Of a DNA stretch of 64,000 nt, positions 28,264-39,811 are shown one piece after another. The position numbers and the translations under genes were made by a program. The DNA is from Pelagomonas calceolata (taxonomy: Eukaryota): contig CAKKNE010000004.1 of the NCBI GenBank assembly GCA_918797485.1, positions 3,906,001-3,970,000 on the forward strand, written 5' to 3'. The notes below the pieces were generated by a model. That model searched no databases. It worked only from the letters and a program-made list of their open reading frames with translations, and was not told the DNA's origin. The first letter of the stretch is position 1; each line of letters begins with the position of its first letter.

Positions 28264-29184
28264 ATGGACATTAGAATAGTGGACGTCGAGTGGGCGCTCG
28301 ACGACGCGGGCGCGACCTACCAGGCTTATGTGGTGGAGATCGCGCGCGGCCTGAAGACGTGGGCGGTGCGCCGGCGCTACAGCGCCTTCGACGACTTAAG
28401 GAGAGCCGTCTCGAAGGAGCTCGGGCCCCTCGCGTCGCCGTTCCCCGGGAAGAATTTGTTCGGCCGGGCGGACCCGGCGAAAAGGCAAAGGGAGCTCGAG
28501 GCCTGGCTGCGCGAGCTCGCGCTGGCCGTGGCCCCCGCTCCGGCCGCCTACGCGGCCTTCACGAGCTTTATACGGGAGCCGCCGGACGCCGCGCCGAAGG
28601 CGACGCCCCCCGAGAAGCCCGCGCGGCGCTCCATCGTCGAGCCGCCCGCGCCGGCGCCCGAACCTCCAAAGCCGCCGTCTCCCCCAAAATGGGACCCGTC
28701 GTTCATGTCGTCCGACCCGCTCGCCGGCCTCGCGGACGCGCTGCCGGAACCGCTTCCACCGAAGCCGGCGCCCAAACCCAAACCTCCGCCGAAGCCGCCG
28801 CGCGCACAAAAGCCCGAGGGCGAGGCCGTCCGGAAATTCCCGCAGACGACGGCGCGCGCGACGTTCCTGACGGGCGGCGCCAAGACCTACGCCGCGACGG
28901 GCGAGGGCCTGCGCGACGCCATCAAGGCCGGCGATTTGAACGGTGTGAAAGATGTGCTGGCGAGGGATTCGAGTTTGGCGTCGTACCAGGACCGCCAGAC
29001 CGAGTCCATGCTCCACCTCGCGGCGCTCTTCGACCACGCGTCGATCGCGCTCGCGCTGGCGGCGCACGGCGCGGACCCGACGGTGACGAACGCCGCGGGC
29101 GAGTCGGCATTGGACGTGGCGCAGCCGTCGCTGCGGTCGAAACTGACCGCGGCGCGGGAGGCGTGGAAGCAGTCTAGTAATTAA
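28264..29184 (+). CDS. PX-domain protein with Pro-rich linker and ankyrin repeats
   Basis: WAVRRRYSAFDDLR, FPGK, RQRELEAWL; LHLAA...GADPTVTN..GESALDVA. Confidence 0.85.
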   Translation: MDIRIVDVEWALDDAGATYQAYVVEIARGLKTWAVRRRYSAFDDLRRAVSKELGPLASPFPGKNLFGRADPAKRQRELEAWLRELALAVAPAPAAYAAFTSFIREPPDAAPKATPPEKPARRSIVEPPAPAPEPPKPPSPPKWDPSFMSSDPLAGLADALPEPLPPKPAPKPKPPPKPPRAQKPEGEAVRKFPQTTARATFLTGGAKTYAATGEGLRDAIKAGDLNGVKDVLARDSSLASYQDRQTESMLHLAALFDHASIALALAAHGADPTVTNAAGESALDVAQPSLRSKLTAAREAWKQSSN

Positions 29185-29197
29185 CAAACAATGTATC

Positions 29198-29962
29198 TTA
29201 CATTTTCCGCCACACGGTCGCCAGGAAGGCCTTCGAGCTCCCGCGGTAGTACGAGTGCAGGAACGTAAAGCCCGCGGCCTCGCAGTATCGCCTCCACGTG
29301 GCCTCGCTCAGCCAGCAGACCCAGGAGCGGGTCGCCGGGGTCCGCCCGTCGGTCCAGCCCTCCTTGTCCTCGCCGAAGCCGTGGGCGTTCGACGCGAAGA
29401 ACACGCCGCCGGGCTTCAGGCTCTCGAAGATGCGTCGGAGGACGTCCGGCAAGGCTTCGCTCGGCACGTGGAAGAGCGACGCGTTCGCGAAGGCGCCGTC
29501 GAAGGTTTCTGCCGGAAGGTCCATATCGACGAAATCTTGCTCGAGCACCGTGCAGCCCGGTGCCGCCCTCCTTGCTAGCTCGCAAAATGCGGGGCTCCCT
29601 TCGACGCCCCACGCCTCGCAACCGCGTGCCGTGAGTGCTATAAGGTCACGGCCGCCGGCGCACCCGAGATCGACGATGATCGGCCGCTCCGTGCCTGCTG
29701 CACCGCCCAACGCGTCGCCAGCGCGTCCCGCGGCGATCGATCCGAGCAGCGCGTCGATGTTTTGGCTCACGTCGTGGTCCTTGTTGCCGGCATCAAAAGC
29801 TGCAGCCACCGCGTCGTAGTCGGCGATCGTCGCGGCCGATTTGGACGCGTCGAGCGCCGACATCGGTCGAGCACGCCGCACCCGCACAGCAGGCTGGAGC
29901 AGCGCTAGGCAGGAGTGGCAGCAGTGCGCTAGGAGCAGCAGCGCGGACAGCTTTCGATGCAT
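29198..29962 (-). CDS. Class I SAM-dependent methyltransferase
   Basis: IVDLGCAGGRD, FDGAFANASLFHVP, LKPGG; signal-like N-terminus. Confidence 0.88.
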   Translation of the reverse strand: MHRKLSALLLLAHCCHSCLALLQPAVRVRRARPMSALDASKSAATIADYDAVAAAFDAGNKDHDVSQNIDALLGSIAAGRAGDALGGAAGTERPIIVDLGCAGGRDLIALTARGCEAWGVEGSPAFCELARRAAPGCTVLEQDFVDMDLPAETFDGAFANASLFHVPSEALPDVLRRIFESLKPGGVFFASNAHGFGEDKEGWTDGRTPATRSWVCWLSEATWRRYCEAAGFTFLHSYYRGSSKAFLATVWRKM

Positions 29963-30194
29963 GCAACCCAGTGGACCGGTCGCACAGCTCACCCGTGAGT
30001 GCTAGTGCAGCCTCAGCTACCGCGAAATCGATGAATGCGGTGCGGCAGAGGGAAAAGCCAAGCGAGCTAGTGTAGACAGATACTAGCAATTCGTATCGGG
30101 TATCGTGTCACCGCGTAAACGCGACCGGGTGCCTCACGCACCGGGGGCAGCCCAGGAAGGCGAGAGAGGCTCAAATTAAGAAGGGCAGCAAACC

Positions 30195-31598
30195 ATGGCC
30201 GCCAGATCCTTCCTCCCCCGCCCGCCCAAGCTCCCGAAGCAGGAGCGCCAGGCCGAGGAGCGCCGCTTGGATGCCCTCTGGGAGCACTGCACGGGCAAGC
30301 CCGTCTCGCAGATCGAGCTGAGTATTTTGAGAGCGGCGGCCGAGGGCGGCCACCGCCGCGCGCAGTGCACGTTGGGCTTTTGCTACGAGGGTGGAGATTT
30401 GGGGCTGCCCAGGGACAAGGCCAAGATGTTCGACTGCTGGGTGGCTGCCGCGGAGCGGCGAGAGAATGATGTCATCTTCCAGGGCGAGGGTCTCTCCGAG
30501 GCCCAGTTTCGTTTGGGGCGGTGCTACGCCGAGGGCACGACCGGCGTCAAGAAAGACAAGGAATTAGCTCATATGTTTTTATGGAGAGCAGCAAAACAAG
30601 GCCACGACCGCGCCGAAGTGTATCTCAGGAAATTGGAGCGGCCCTGGGATCCCCTTTATTATGTAAAAAAAGCCGTCCGCAAAAAGCCGAAAAGAATTAC
30701 ACTGGTCGACGATCTGATCCAGCCCATCACTCAACAAAAAGAGGCGCCGACGTCACCTTCGAAGATCTTAGACGACGGCGAGGACCCCACAAGTCCTATC
30801 GCTAGAGCGAAATTAAAGAGGCGCATCTCGGACCAGATCGAGATCGTGAAGCGGCAGGCCGAGTTGGAGGTGAGGCAGGAACGAGCGGAGCGGCGGAAGA
30901 AGCTCGAGGAGCTGCGGGGCGCCGTGGACCTCTATGACGTGACGTTCGGAGGCGCGACGTTAGGTCTATCATTGGTCTTAGCCACGGACCATCGCACGAA
31001 GCGCAAGATGATCATCGTCGACACTATCCGAGAAGCGTCGCCCGCTTCGAATATCCTGCAGCCGCAGGACGAACTCGTCGCGATCGGCGAGGACTTTGAC
31101 CTGCCAAACCACATCCTCATCTTCGAGGAGATCTCGAAGCAGATAGAACGGCAGCCGCGGCCGCTCACCTTGACGTTCGCGCGCTTGCACGCCCACCGGC
31201 CGGCCGTGCTCGAGAGGGGCGCCGTGCCGCCGCCCGCGCCCGCGCCGCGGCTACCACCGCCGGCCGCGCCTGCCCCGGCGCCCGCGGCGGAGCCTTCGAA
31301 GGCGGCCGCGCCGGCGGCCGCGTCGCCCAAGGCGACCGCCGCCGCCGCGCCCGCCGCGCCCGCCGCGCCACCACCACCGCCGCCGCCGCCGCCTCCACCA
31401 CCAACAACCAACAGCCCCAAGCCCACCATGCCCCCGAAGCGCGCCAGCTTCGGAGATATTGGAGACACCTCGACGTCGAACGACGAGGACATACCCGTGG
31501 TAGACACGCCGCGGACGGCGGAGCGCAAGGGCTTGATCGGCAGCGCCATGAATTTGATAGGACGCATGCGCAGCCCGTCGCGCGACGAGGCGCCCGCC

Positions 31599-31637
<39 letters not shown>

Positions 31638-32363
31638 GCACCGGAACGCCCGCGCGCAGCGTCGCCCGTGCATTCCGAGGCCGGCTGGGCGACGGACGAC
31701 ATGACGACGGCGTCGGACGAGTCCTGGGAGACGGAGCCCGAGGAGGAGGACGAAAAGAGGCCGCGCGCGAAGCCGCTGTCGCCCGACGCCGTGGCGGCCT
31801 CTGGGAAGTGTCCTACATCATTACCGCCGCCGAAGCTGAACCAAAAGCGCGCGACGCCCGAGGTCGAGAAGCGCAAGCCGAGTCGGCCCGACGCTTTGGC
31901 GGCCGCCGGGCGGTGTCCCACGGCCTTGCCGCCGCCGCGCGCGTCCACCAACCCTGCGACCTCGCCCATCTCGCCATCAAAACCGAAGCGGGCCGAACCG
32001 GACGACGCCGACGCGACGGACGGCGAGCGCACGGCGTCGCCTGCCGATTTGAACCCGGATTTAGGAGGCGGCTTCGTCGCATCGGCGCGCGCGGCCATGG
32101 TGCGCCTCTACGAGCGCTACAACCCGGAGAAGGTGGACGAGGTCGACACGTTGTTGACGAAGTGGCCCGGCCGCGAGGCCCAGCTACTGAGCGCCGTCGA
32201 GGCCAAGTACTCGCGCGAGGAGGCCGCGCCCGCGTCGCCGGCGGCTGTGCCCAAGCCCGCGGACGTCCTCGCCGCCGTCATGGGCGACGCGGGGCGCACG
32301 AAGTCGCCGACGCCCGAGCGGATGCCTCGCGAGATCATCTTCACGCGCGACGGGACGCCCTGA
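30195..32363 (+). CDS. Sel1-repeat, PDZ-like, poly-Pro protein
   Basis: AQCTLGFCYEGG, AQFRLGRCYAEG..AAKQGH; PDZ-like segment; C-terminal YERYNPEKVDEVDTLL..W.GRE..L....KY module. Confidence 0.8.
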
Positions 32364-32417
32364 CGAGTAATTACGACGAACCACCATTTACTACTAGCTA
32401 TAGCCGGCGGACACATT

Positions 32418-33635
32418 CTACTTCTTGGTCTTGGCAATCGAATACATCATCGTCGCGCCGATCGCCACGGCGGCCCCCGAGGCCTTGTGCACGTCCATGG
32501 ACTCGCCGAGGAACGCGACGGTCGCGAGGAGAATCACGACGCGCTTCACCGTGTTCGCCACGGCCTGCGCCGTCGCCGTGACCTCGCCCAGCACGAGGTA
32601 GGCCATCTCGTTGTACATGTAGTAGAAGAAGCCCGTGTAGATGACCAATTCATAACCGTAGTTCAGGGACGTCGACGAAAAGACGGGAATGCCCAGAATC
32701 TTCTCGGGGATCTCCTCGAGGTTCTCGACGGGCGGCCACGCTGCACTTAATTTATTCCCTTCCAACACTAAAGCAAACGGTAAGAAGAGGAAGAACGAGA
32801 TCAAGGTGAGAATAGAATACAAGTTCGACGAAGAGAGGTTCTCGGACTTGGACTCGGCCTTGACCTTTTTGGAGAGCAAGCCGCGCAGAGCGAACGCGAC
32901 GTTCGACGTCATGGCGCCGCCGAAGGCCGTCATGTTGATGTCCGCCAAGATGTCCTGCCCCGCCATAATTTTGGACCCGACGGCCGACCACCCGACGCCC
33001 AGGATGATGGGTACGAGCCAGATGTTCACCTTGAGCGGGTCGCTCGTGCCGTTGATCAGGATGCCGAAAATGACCGAGAACATGGGCTCCAAGGCCTTGA
33101 TGATGTGCGTGAACGACACGGCCCCGGCGGACATGGCCACGACGGCGCCCACGTGGCCCACCGTATGTAACATCGACAGGACCGTGCATGCCTTGATATC
33201 TTCGGGCGTGAGCTTGGGCGCTTTCCGCAAGCCCAGCGCCCAGAGCGGCGCAAAGTAAAGAATGCCCACACCCAGCGACGTGAGCGCGATCAACATGGGG
33301 TAATCCAGCGCATTCGAGAGCTTCTTGTTGTAGACGTTGTAGCCCACGTTGAACGCGTACCAGAGCGTGATGCCGACGACCCTGCGTGGTGCAACGCGTG
33401 TGCGCGCCGCGGCGTTTGTGCCATGTGTGTTTGTGCAAATTGCATCGTTCTCTCGCTGCGACCGGCATGTGTGTGCGGCACGTTCCGCTGCATCGCTGGG
33501 CCGTCGTCGCGCGCGACGAGTGCTGGATGCATGTTGCTAGCTATATCTGGCTGTCTCCTCTCCGTATCGCTGCGTCGGCAGGCAAAGCTTGCACGTATCG
33601 CTGGACGCCGCTGCTCACAACGTCACGTTGACCAT
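32418..33635 (-). CDS. Triose-phosphate/phosphate translocator family transporter
   Basis: Exons 33635-33619 and 33381-32418 (GTGAGC...CAG intron of 237 nt) give MVNVTLVVGITLWYAFNVGYNVYNKK; VSFTHIIKALEP, NTVKRV. Confidence 0.92.
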
Positions 33636-34019
33636 CTTGCTGCAATCCCTTCGTTACCGGGCACGCTCGCGTCCACCTCGCACCTCGCCGTCACACAGCA
33701 AATCCACAGCTTGGCTCTCCGCGAAACCACGCCTACACGGAGTCGTCTGCTGTCGGCTGTGCCATTCACATAGCTGCATTCCTTCGTCGCAAAGAAAGCT
33801 CGAGACTAGAGGGCCTAGCTAGCGGGCTTGCCATGTCACTCGGCAATTGGGATCCATAAGCGACGCCCAAGCAACAAACTGCTCGCGTTTGATCTTTATA
33901 ATTAGGCATTCGTGCTGCGTCATCGCGCTAGACGCTCAACCGCTGCTCGCGTGGACTCCCACAGCGGCATCCTCGCCTATCTCCAGACCGAGGCCGGATT
34001 CGCGTCGCACGCATCAAGC

Positions 34020-35039
34020 ATGCCCCAGCGACAAAGGCATCTTCGCCGCGCGGCGGCCGCCGCCGTCATCGCGACGACGGCGCTCGCCTGGGCGCCCGCG
34101 CGCCTGAAACCCATCGCGCCGACGCGACGGAGCGCCGCGACTTTACAAACGCCCGTCGCGCAAGCGACGGAGCGGCCCATCTCGACGGAGTGGGAGCTCG
34201 ACTGCTTCTCGAGGCCCGTGGTCCAGGACGGCAAGAAGCTCTGGGAGTTGTTAGTTGTGGACAGCACCGGCCAGTGGAGGGAAGCGGTGCAGCTGCCGGC
34301 GACCGGTGTGAATAGTGTCGCGGTCCGAGAAGCGGTGGAAGGCGTGATCGCGAGAGCACCGGTCAAGCCGACGGTGATTAGATTTTTCAGGCGGCAAATG
34401 CTGAACATGCTCACGATCGCGTTGGGCGGCGTCGCGGCGGAGCGGCCGACGTTACGGGTGGCGCCGTCGCGCGCGACGCACGCCATCTACGACTGGTTGG
34501 AGGAGCGGGAGCGCGACGTCTACCCGGCCATGGAGGGTTATTCTGGTGCCCAACAGGTGACGAGGGACCGCATGACGGCGCCGACGACGCCGGCGAGATT
34601 GCCCGAGGCGTTACGGGGCGAGCAGTACGCCTTCGTCACGCTGCCCGTGGCCGAGGTCCAGGCCGGCGGCGGCGTGACCGAGGACAACGTCGGCGTCGGG
34701 AAGATGATCAACGTTAAAAGTGATTTGGACCCGGGCGCGATGCTGCCGGGCGTGGCGATTTTGACGCGGCGCGCGGATGCTTTGGCGATGTCCCTGGCGT
34801 CGACGGAGCTCGCGTCCGTGCGTGCTGACAGCACGCAACGTCAGCTCGTTTTGGACGTGGCCCTCGACGAGTCCTTCCTCGTCGCGCGCTTGGACGACAG
34901 CCAGCGCGTCGAGGCGGCGGGCTTCGAGAAGGCGAAAGCGGGGTTGGACGGCCTGCACTTCGTCGTGGTCCAGCGGCCCGACGACGACGGCGTCGAGCCC
35001 GCGGGCTTCTGGCTGCTGCGGGAGATGGCTACGGCATAA
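34020..35039 (+). CDS. Tab2/ATAB2-family plastid RNA-binding protein
   Basis: WELDCFSRPV..GKKLWELL, IRFFRRQM, LPEALRGEQYAFV, GLHFVVVQ...AGFWLL. Confidence 0.92.
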   Translation: MPQRQRHLRRAAAAAVIATTALAWAPARLKPIAPTRRSAATLQTPVAQATERPISTEWELDCFSRPVVQDGKKLWELLVVDSTGQWREAVQLPATGVNSVAVREAVEGVIARAPVKPTVIRFFRRQMLNMLTIALGGVAAERPTLRVAPSRATHAIYDWLEERERDVYPAMEGYSGAQQVTRDRMTAPTTPARLPEALRGEQYAFVTLPVAEVQAGGGVTEDNVGVGKMINVKSDLDPGAMLPGVAILTRRADALAMSLASTELASVRADSTQRQLVLDVALDESFLVARLDDSQRVEAAGFEKAKAGLDGLHFVVVQRPDDDGVEPAGFWLLREMATA

Positions 35040-35073
35040 ATATAGTTTCGTATATACACAGCCGGGGAGAGCA

Positions 35074-35756
35074 TCAGCGCTTCTTGTGCTTCCCGGTCCG
35101 CCCCGAGGTTTTTGGCGCAGGCGCAGGTGCCGGCGCGGCCTCCTCGGCGGGCTCTGAGGGCTCCGCTTCGTCGCCGCGGAGCATGGCGAAGGCCGTCTTC
35201 GGCAGCAGCACCATGAAGACGACGGCCGGCATGTACGCCGACGGCAAATCCCCCAACGCCATGTGCGCGTAGATCACGAGCGCGAAGCCCGGCACCGCGA
35301 CCGCGGCCAGTATCAACTGGACCCGCGTGTTCTTCAGGCCCCAGATGTTCAGCACGACGAGCACCTTGAGCACGCCGATCAGGGAACACGCCGCGTTCAG
35401 TTGATCGCGGTCCTCGACGAAGGCCTTGCCGACGGCGACCTCGAACCGCTCCGTGACGCCGGGCAGCAGCGTCTCGAGGTCCGCGTCGTACCTACCCACG
35501 GCGAGCATGAGCACGCCCATGATTAACAAAGGCGAGAGCGCCTGCGTTGCGGACGACGATCGGCGCTGCCCCGTGGCTGGCATGCGATCGATGGCGTGCT
35601 CGGCGCTGCCCCGTTGCTTGCATGCGATCGATGGCGTGCTCGCGGCGCTGCCCCGTTGCTGGCATCCGATCGATGGCGTGCTTCCGTCCGCCGGCGCGGC
35701 CATTGGTTGCTTACACTGGCTTCTACAATTTTCTCGAGCAGCGGGATGTCGCCCAT
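35074..35756 (-). CDS. Small multi-pass membrane protein
   Basis: Exons 35756-35715 and 35541-35074 joined in frame across a GTAAGC...CAG intron (173 nt); four hydrophobic segments. Confidence 0.7.
35561..35682. repeat. Intronic tandem repeat, 3 x about 40 bp
   Basis: CGGCGCTGCCCCGTKGCTKGCATSCGATCGATGGCGTGCT at 35561, 35601 and 35643. Confidence 0.95.
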
Positions 35757-35966
35757 GGTGCAGCTTTGCGCGACGGCGGGCGAGCGGAATTATTTGCAAC
35801 TGTTTCTTGCAAACGGGCTGCCGTGGCGCCCCGAGCGCGCGATCAATTCGGTCTGCTCTGCTAGTGTCTTGTGCTAGCGCGCGGATTTCCTACGCGCCCA
35901 ACAATACCAGCTACGCCCAACAATTCTGACGCGCCCAATAGTCCTAAGAAAGAAAATACCAAACCG

Positions 35967-36623
35967 TTATGGACTGAGCGGGTACACCGTGAGCGGCGGC
36001 GGCGGCAGCTCGTCCGCCGCAGGGTCGACGGGCACGACGCGGGCCTCCGCCGCGCCGGGAATCGGGTAGAGCAGCCGCGGCGCGTCGTCGACGGCCTTCT
36101 CCGGCGGCGTCGTCACGACGGACGGCCGCGACCCCCACCACGTGCGGACGTCGGGACACACACACCACGGCGGGCACGGTGGCAGCGCCGGCAGCGTCGG
36201 CCGCGCGGGACAGCACCCTTCCGTAATAAGCACCCCGTGCTCCTCGAGCCGCGTCGCGGCCAGGGCCAGCGCCGCGGCCACGACCGCGGCGACGACGGCG
36301 ATGGCCGCCAGCGCGAGGCCGTCCTTCCCCAGATCGCGTTGTTTTGTTGGCGTGAGGAGGGCGACGAAGAGCCAAAACGCTGACAGAGCGGCCGATGCTG
36401 CCATGAAGTGGCGACACCGCTCGAGCTTCTGGCTCGCGAAAAACGAGAAGCAGCCGACCATCGACGCCGCGAGGGCGCTCAGCGCCGCGAGCCAGACGAA
36501 CACAGCGAAGGCGTTGGGCCTCCGGTTCCTGTCCGCGACCCACAAGCTCACAATGATAACAAACCAACTGGCCGCCGTCGCGACGCCGCGCAGCACGGCA
36601 GGGGCATGGTCGGTGAGCGGCAT
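35967..36623 (-). CDS. Hypothetical four-helix membrane protein with Cys/Pro-rich tail
   Basis: First ATG 36623; four hydrophobic stretches. Confidence 0.6.
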   Translation of the reverse strand: MPLTDHAPAVLRGVATAASWFVIIVSLWVADRNRRPNAFAVFVWLAALSALAASMVGCFSFFASQKLERCRHFMAASAALSAFWLFVALLTPTKQRDLGKDGLALAAIAVVAAVVAAALALAATRLEEHGVLITEGCCPARPTLPALPPCPPWCVCPDVRTWWGSRPSVVTTPPEKAVDDAPRLLYPIPGAAEARVVPVDPAADELPPPPLTVYPLSP

Positions 36624-37007
36624 GGGTCTACTTGGGGCTGCCTCGACCGCTTTCGTGGGTGTCTCTGCCGGCACAACACTGCGCAGCGCCTGGCAACGCT
36701 TTTTGCAGCTTTTTTTTTTGCCGGTCAAGCTAGCAGTCTTCCAGATATACCCCTCGGGACGAAGCAAGCTATCTTGCCGTCGGTTTTGGACGGCTGGCTC
36801 CGTTCGGGTTCGGCTGAGAGAGAGCCGCGCTGGGCAGCCGAGAGAGAGAGCGCCTCTTCGTCTCCAGGGACTCAAGCGCACACGTCGGACACGCCTGCCC
36901 CATACGCACTCACCGCGGCAGCCGCAGGGCGCACCTCCGAGCTGTGTGTAGGCAGCCCCACAGTCGAGCTGTCGAGGTAGCCCCACAGGGGTGCGAGGCT
37001 AGGCGAA

Positions 37008-37364
37008 ATGGGCAGCGGCGCGAGCAAGCACAAGCGCGAGCTGCGCCGCGTCCAGGCCGCGCACGTCCTCACGAACACGCTGCGGCACAACAACCGCGTG
37101 AGCCAGCGGCGCCGCGAGCGCGCCGAGCTCGAGGCGCTACGCGACGAGGTGGCAATCCTGCGCAAGCGCTGCGGCGACTGCACGCACGGCGACGTGGAGA
37201 AGGACGTCGCGGAGCGCGAGACGGTGATCCGCGAGCTCGAGGCGATGCTGCGCGGGCCCCAGGGCAAGGGCGCGGTCCGGCCCGTCGCGGCGCTGACCAT
37301 CGAGAAGCTCCGGGGCGAGATCGAGGACATCCGATCTCGGGTGCCGGCGCTCGCCGCGCGATGA
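37008..37364 (+). CDS. Small coiled-coil protein, possibly N-myristoylated
   Basis: MGSGASK start fits MGxxxS; strongly GC3-biased codons. Confidence 0.6.
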   Translation: MGSGASKHKRELRRVQAAHVLTNTLRHNNRVSQRRRERAELEALRDEVAILRKRCGDCTHGDVEKDVAERETVIRELEAMLRGPQGKGAVRPVAALTIEKLRGEIEDIRSRVPALAAR

Positions 37365-37756
37365 CGGCGTCCGCGTCGCGTGGTTAATCTGTTTGTGTGG
37401 TAGCCTTGGGCGGCCTCTAGGCATCTGCCTTTCCGTCGCGAGGCGCGCCGCGGGTTGGCACAAGCTTATCTGCCTGCAATAACGGTCCTAGGACTGCGCA
37501 GGCGTCGACGAATCGGTGCGAATAGACGCTTCCCACCGGTTCCTTCAAGTTCGGGTTTCTAGTATGTATATCCGCTATCATTATCGAGCAGCACGCCTGC
37601 CCGGCTTCGCCCGTGAGATTGTGCCCTGTGCCCTTCCTTGGGGAGAGGATAGTGAGGCTGTCTGGCGAGCTCCAGTCCTGCACGCCATCACCTCGAGGCC
37701 TCCGCAGCCAACCCCCAGAGCTCTCTGAAGGAGGCCTCTGAAGGCCAGAGAACTGC

Positions 37757-38899
37757 ATGGCGGACGCCGCGGCCCCGCCCGCCGCCGCTGCGAAGCTCCA
37801 AAAGAAAAATGACGGCGTCGCCACGGCGGCCCACGCCTTCCTCTTCGCGCTACTGGCATTAGCGTCCCTCGGCCTCGGCCGCCTCTACGTGCTGCTCGGC
37901 GCCGTCGCGTGCACGTGCGTCACCTTCGTCGTGGCGCGGCGCGCGCCAGCTACAGAACAAACAACAAAGCCCTCGAGCGGTTCGGTGGATGACGACGACG
38001 ACAAAAGACCTAGGTGGGAGCGGCGCTACATGAAGACCGAGGCCAAAAAAGCGAGGAGAAGGGAGGCGAGGAGCGCCCAAACTAAAAACACGCGGCGGGA
38101 GCTGTCCGAGGCCGAGGCGCGGGAAAAGGCGAAACGGGCCGACGACCTCCAGCGGAAACGCGACCAGCAGGCGCGGGAGCGCGAGGAGGCTCTCCGACGA
38201 AAACAGCAACAGAAACTGCAAAAAGAAGAAGAATTGCGAAGGCAGAAGGAGGAGAAGCGCCAAAAAGACAAACAAAGGGAGCAGGAGCGGAGGCGGGCCA
38301 AAGAAAAAAAGTTAAAAGAAAAAAAAGAGGCCCAGCTCCAAGCGAAGAAGTTGGCCGAGGCGCAAAAAACTATTGAATTATCAGAGAAGTCCAACGCGTT
38401 TGACGCTTGCGTGGCCGCGTATGTCGCTTGTGCTGTCTTGGCGGACGAGGCCGACGCCGCCCATAAAACATGTGAGGAGGCTTTAACGTCGGCTTCGGGT
38501 AAGAAGCGCTCGAACAAGGCCAAGGCCACGGCGAAGAAGGCGCGGGAGAAGGCCGAGCACGCTTCGGAACTGGCGCGGCAAAAAAGGGCGGATAGGGACG
38601 CCGCGCGCGACCGTGCGGAATCTGCAAGGCGCACGTTGGCCGACTACTGCTCCCACCAAAACCTCGCGCCGCCGCCGCAAATACCCTGCGCGTCTCCACA
38701 ACTCCAGAAGCGGCCCTCGCTACAAATCGGCGACGACGTCATGAAGTTGATAGCAAGAGTCCGCAAGCACGGCGGCTGCGTGCCCGACGACTCCGACGAC
38801 GACGATGTGGTGAGCACGGGCGCGCGCGTCGCGCCGTCGGACGTGATATCGTCGGATGACGACATGTCCGACGACGACGACGCGGCCGTCGAGGAGTAG
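37757..38899 (+). CDS. Hypothetical membrane-anchored coiled-coil protein
   Basis: Two N-terminal hydrophobic helices then a long K/E/R/Q-rich region. Confidence 0.7.
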   Translation: MADAAAPPAAAAKLQKKNDGVATAAHAFLFALLALASLGLGRLYVLLGAVACTCVTFVVARRAPATEQTTKPSSGSVDDDDDKRPRWERRYMKTEAKKARRREARSAQTKNTRRELSEAEAREKAKRADDLQRKRDQQAREREEALRRKQQQKLQKEEELRRQKEEKRQKDKQREQERRRAKEKKLKEKKEAQLQAKKLAEAQKTIELSEKSNAFDACVAAYVACAVLADEADAAHKTCEEALTSASGKKRSNKAKATAKKAREKAEHASELARQKRADRDAARDRAESARRTLADYCSHQNLAPPPQIPCASPQLQKRPSLQIGDDVMKLIARVRKHGGCVPDDSDDDDVVSTGARVAPSDVISSDDDMSDDDDAAVEE

Positions 38900-39094
38900 A
38901 TTTGTAAAAAGGCCTTGAATATTGCTCCTTTGCCTTCGCTAGACCGCTCCGAGGCCATGCGTCTCGATGGCGCATCTACGGACCCTAGGTCCCGAGGCGC
39001 CGGCGTCGCGGGGAGGCTTGCGTCGAAAGCGTGTAGAGGGGGGAGTGCACTTCGCCACCAGCACGCCGTCGCCGCATCTCGAACCGTGGGAAAC

Positions 39095-39811
39095 TTACTC
39101 TTCGGGGAAGGGCTTCTCGACGCCCTCCGGCAGCGCGACCTCGAAAGAATTGAGTAGTACGGAGACGCCGTGGTAGCAGGCGATCGTCAGACTCAAATCG
39201 GCCATCGCGCGGTCGCCCCCCAGCACTGCTTTGGTCGAAGCGTACGTCTCGTCCGAGACGCGCGTCGTCAGGGCCAGCTCCCGCGAAAAGGTATAGGCGG
39301 CGAGCTCTTCTACTGTAAGAATCCCTTCGAGGTGCCGAGGATGCGCATTCGCCTTGATGAGCGGCAACGCCTCGTCAGCGACACCGGCTTTCCGCGCGAG
39401 CCGCTCGTGCGCATACCATTCGAACTGGGCGTGCCACGCGACGCCGACGGCCAGGATCGCCACTTCATACACGTTCGCTTCTAGCGAGTTCTCCGTGCGC
39501 ACCGCCGTCGCCAGGCGCTCGAGGTGGCGGCCTAATAAAGGTGAAGCGACCTCGGGGTTCCACGGGCCCCGCAGAGCGCCCCTTTCATCAAACAACGCGT
39601 CCTTGCCTATTACTTTAATTCGTGTGTCGACGATGGTGTCGTAGAGTTGTTGTTGGTCGGCGTCCTGGAACGGCGGCACTTGCGGTGGCAGGCGCGGCGC
39701 CGAGCTCTTTTGCCGCAGGAGCGTGCGTTTGCCGTACAGTCGGCGCGTGAAGGCGCGCATGGCTACGAATGCCACTACTGCTGCGATTACGGCTCCGGTT
39801 TGGTTGCGCAT
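39095..39811 (-). CDS. Carboxymuconolactone decarboxylase/AhpD-like protein
   Basis: GALRGPWN, EVAILAV....AQFEWYAHERLARKAG, RVSDETY. Confidence 0.85.
   Translation of the reverse strand: MRNQTGAVIAAVVAFVAMRAFTRRLYGKRTLLRQKSSAPRLPPQVPPFQDADQQQLYDTIVDTRIKVIGKDALFDERGALRGPWNPEVASPLLGRHLERLATAVRTENSLEANVYEVAILAVGVAWHAQFEWYAHERLARKAGVADEALPLIKANAHPRHLEGILTVEELAAYTFSRELALTTRVSDETYASTKAVLGGDRAMADLSLTIACYHGVSVLLNSFEVALPEGVEKPFPEE

Noticed and set aside
33382..33618. Translocator intron as an introner
   Set aside because: Ordinary GTGAGC donor, no TIR or TSD
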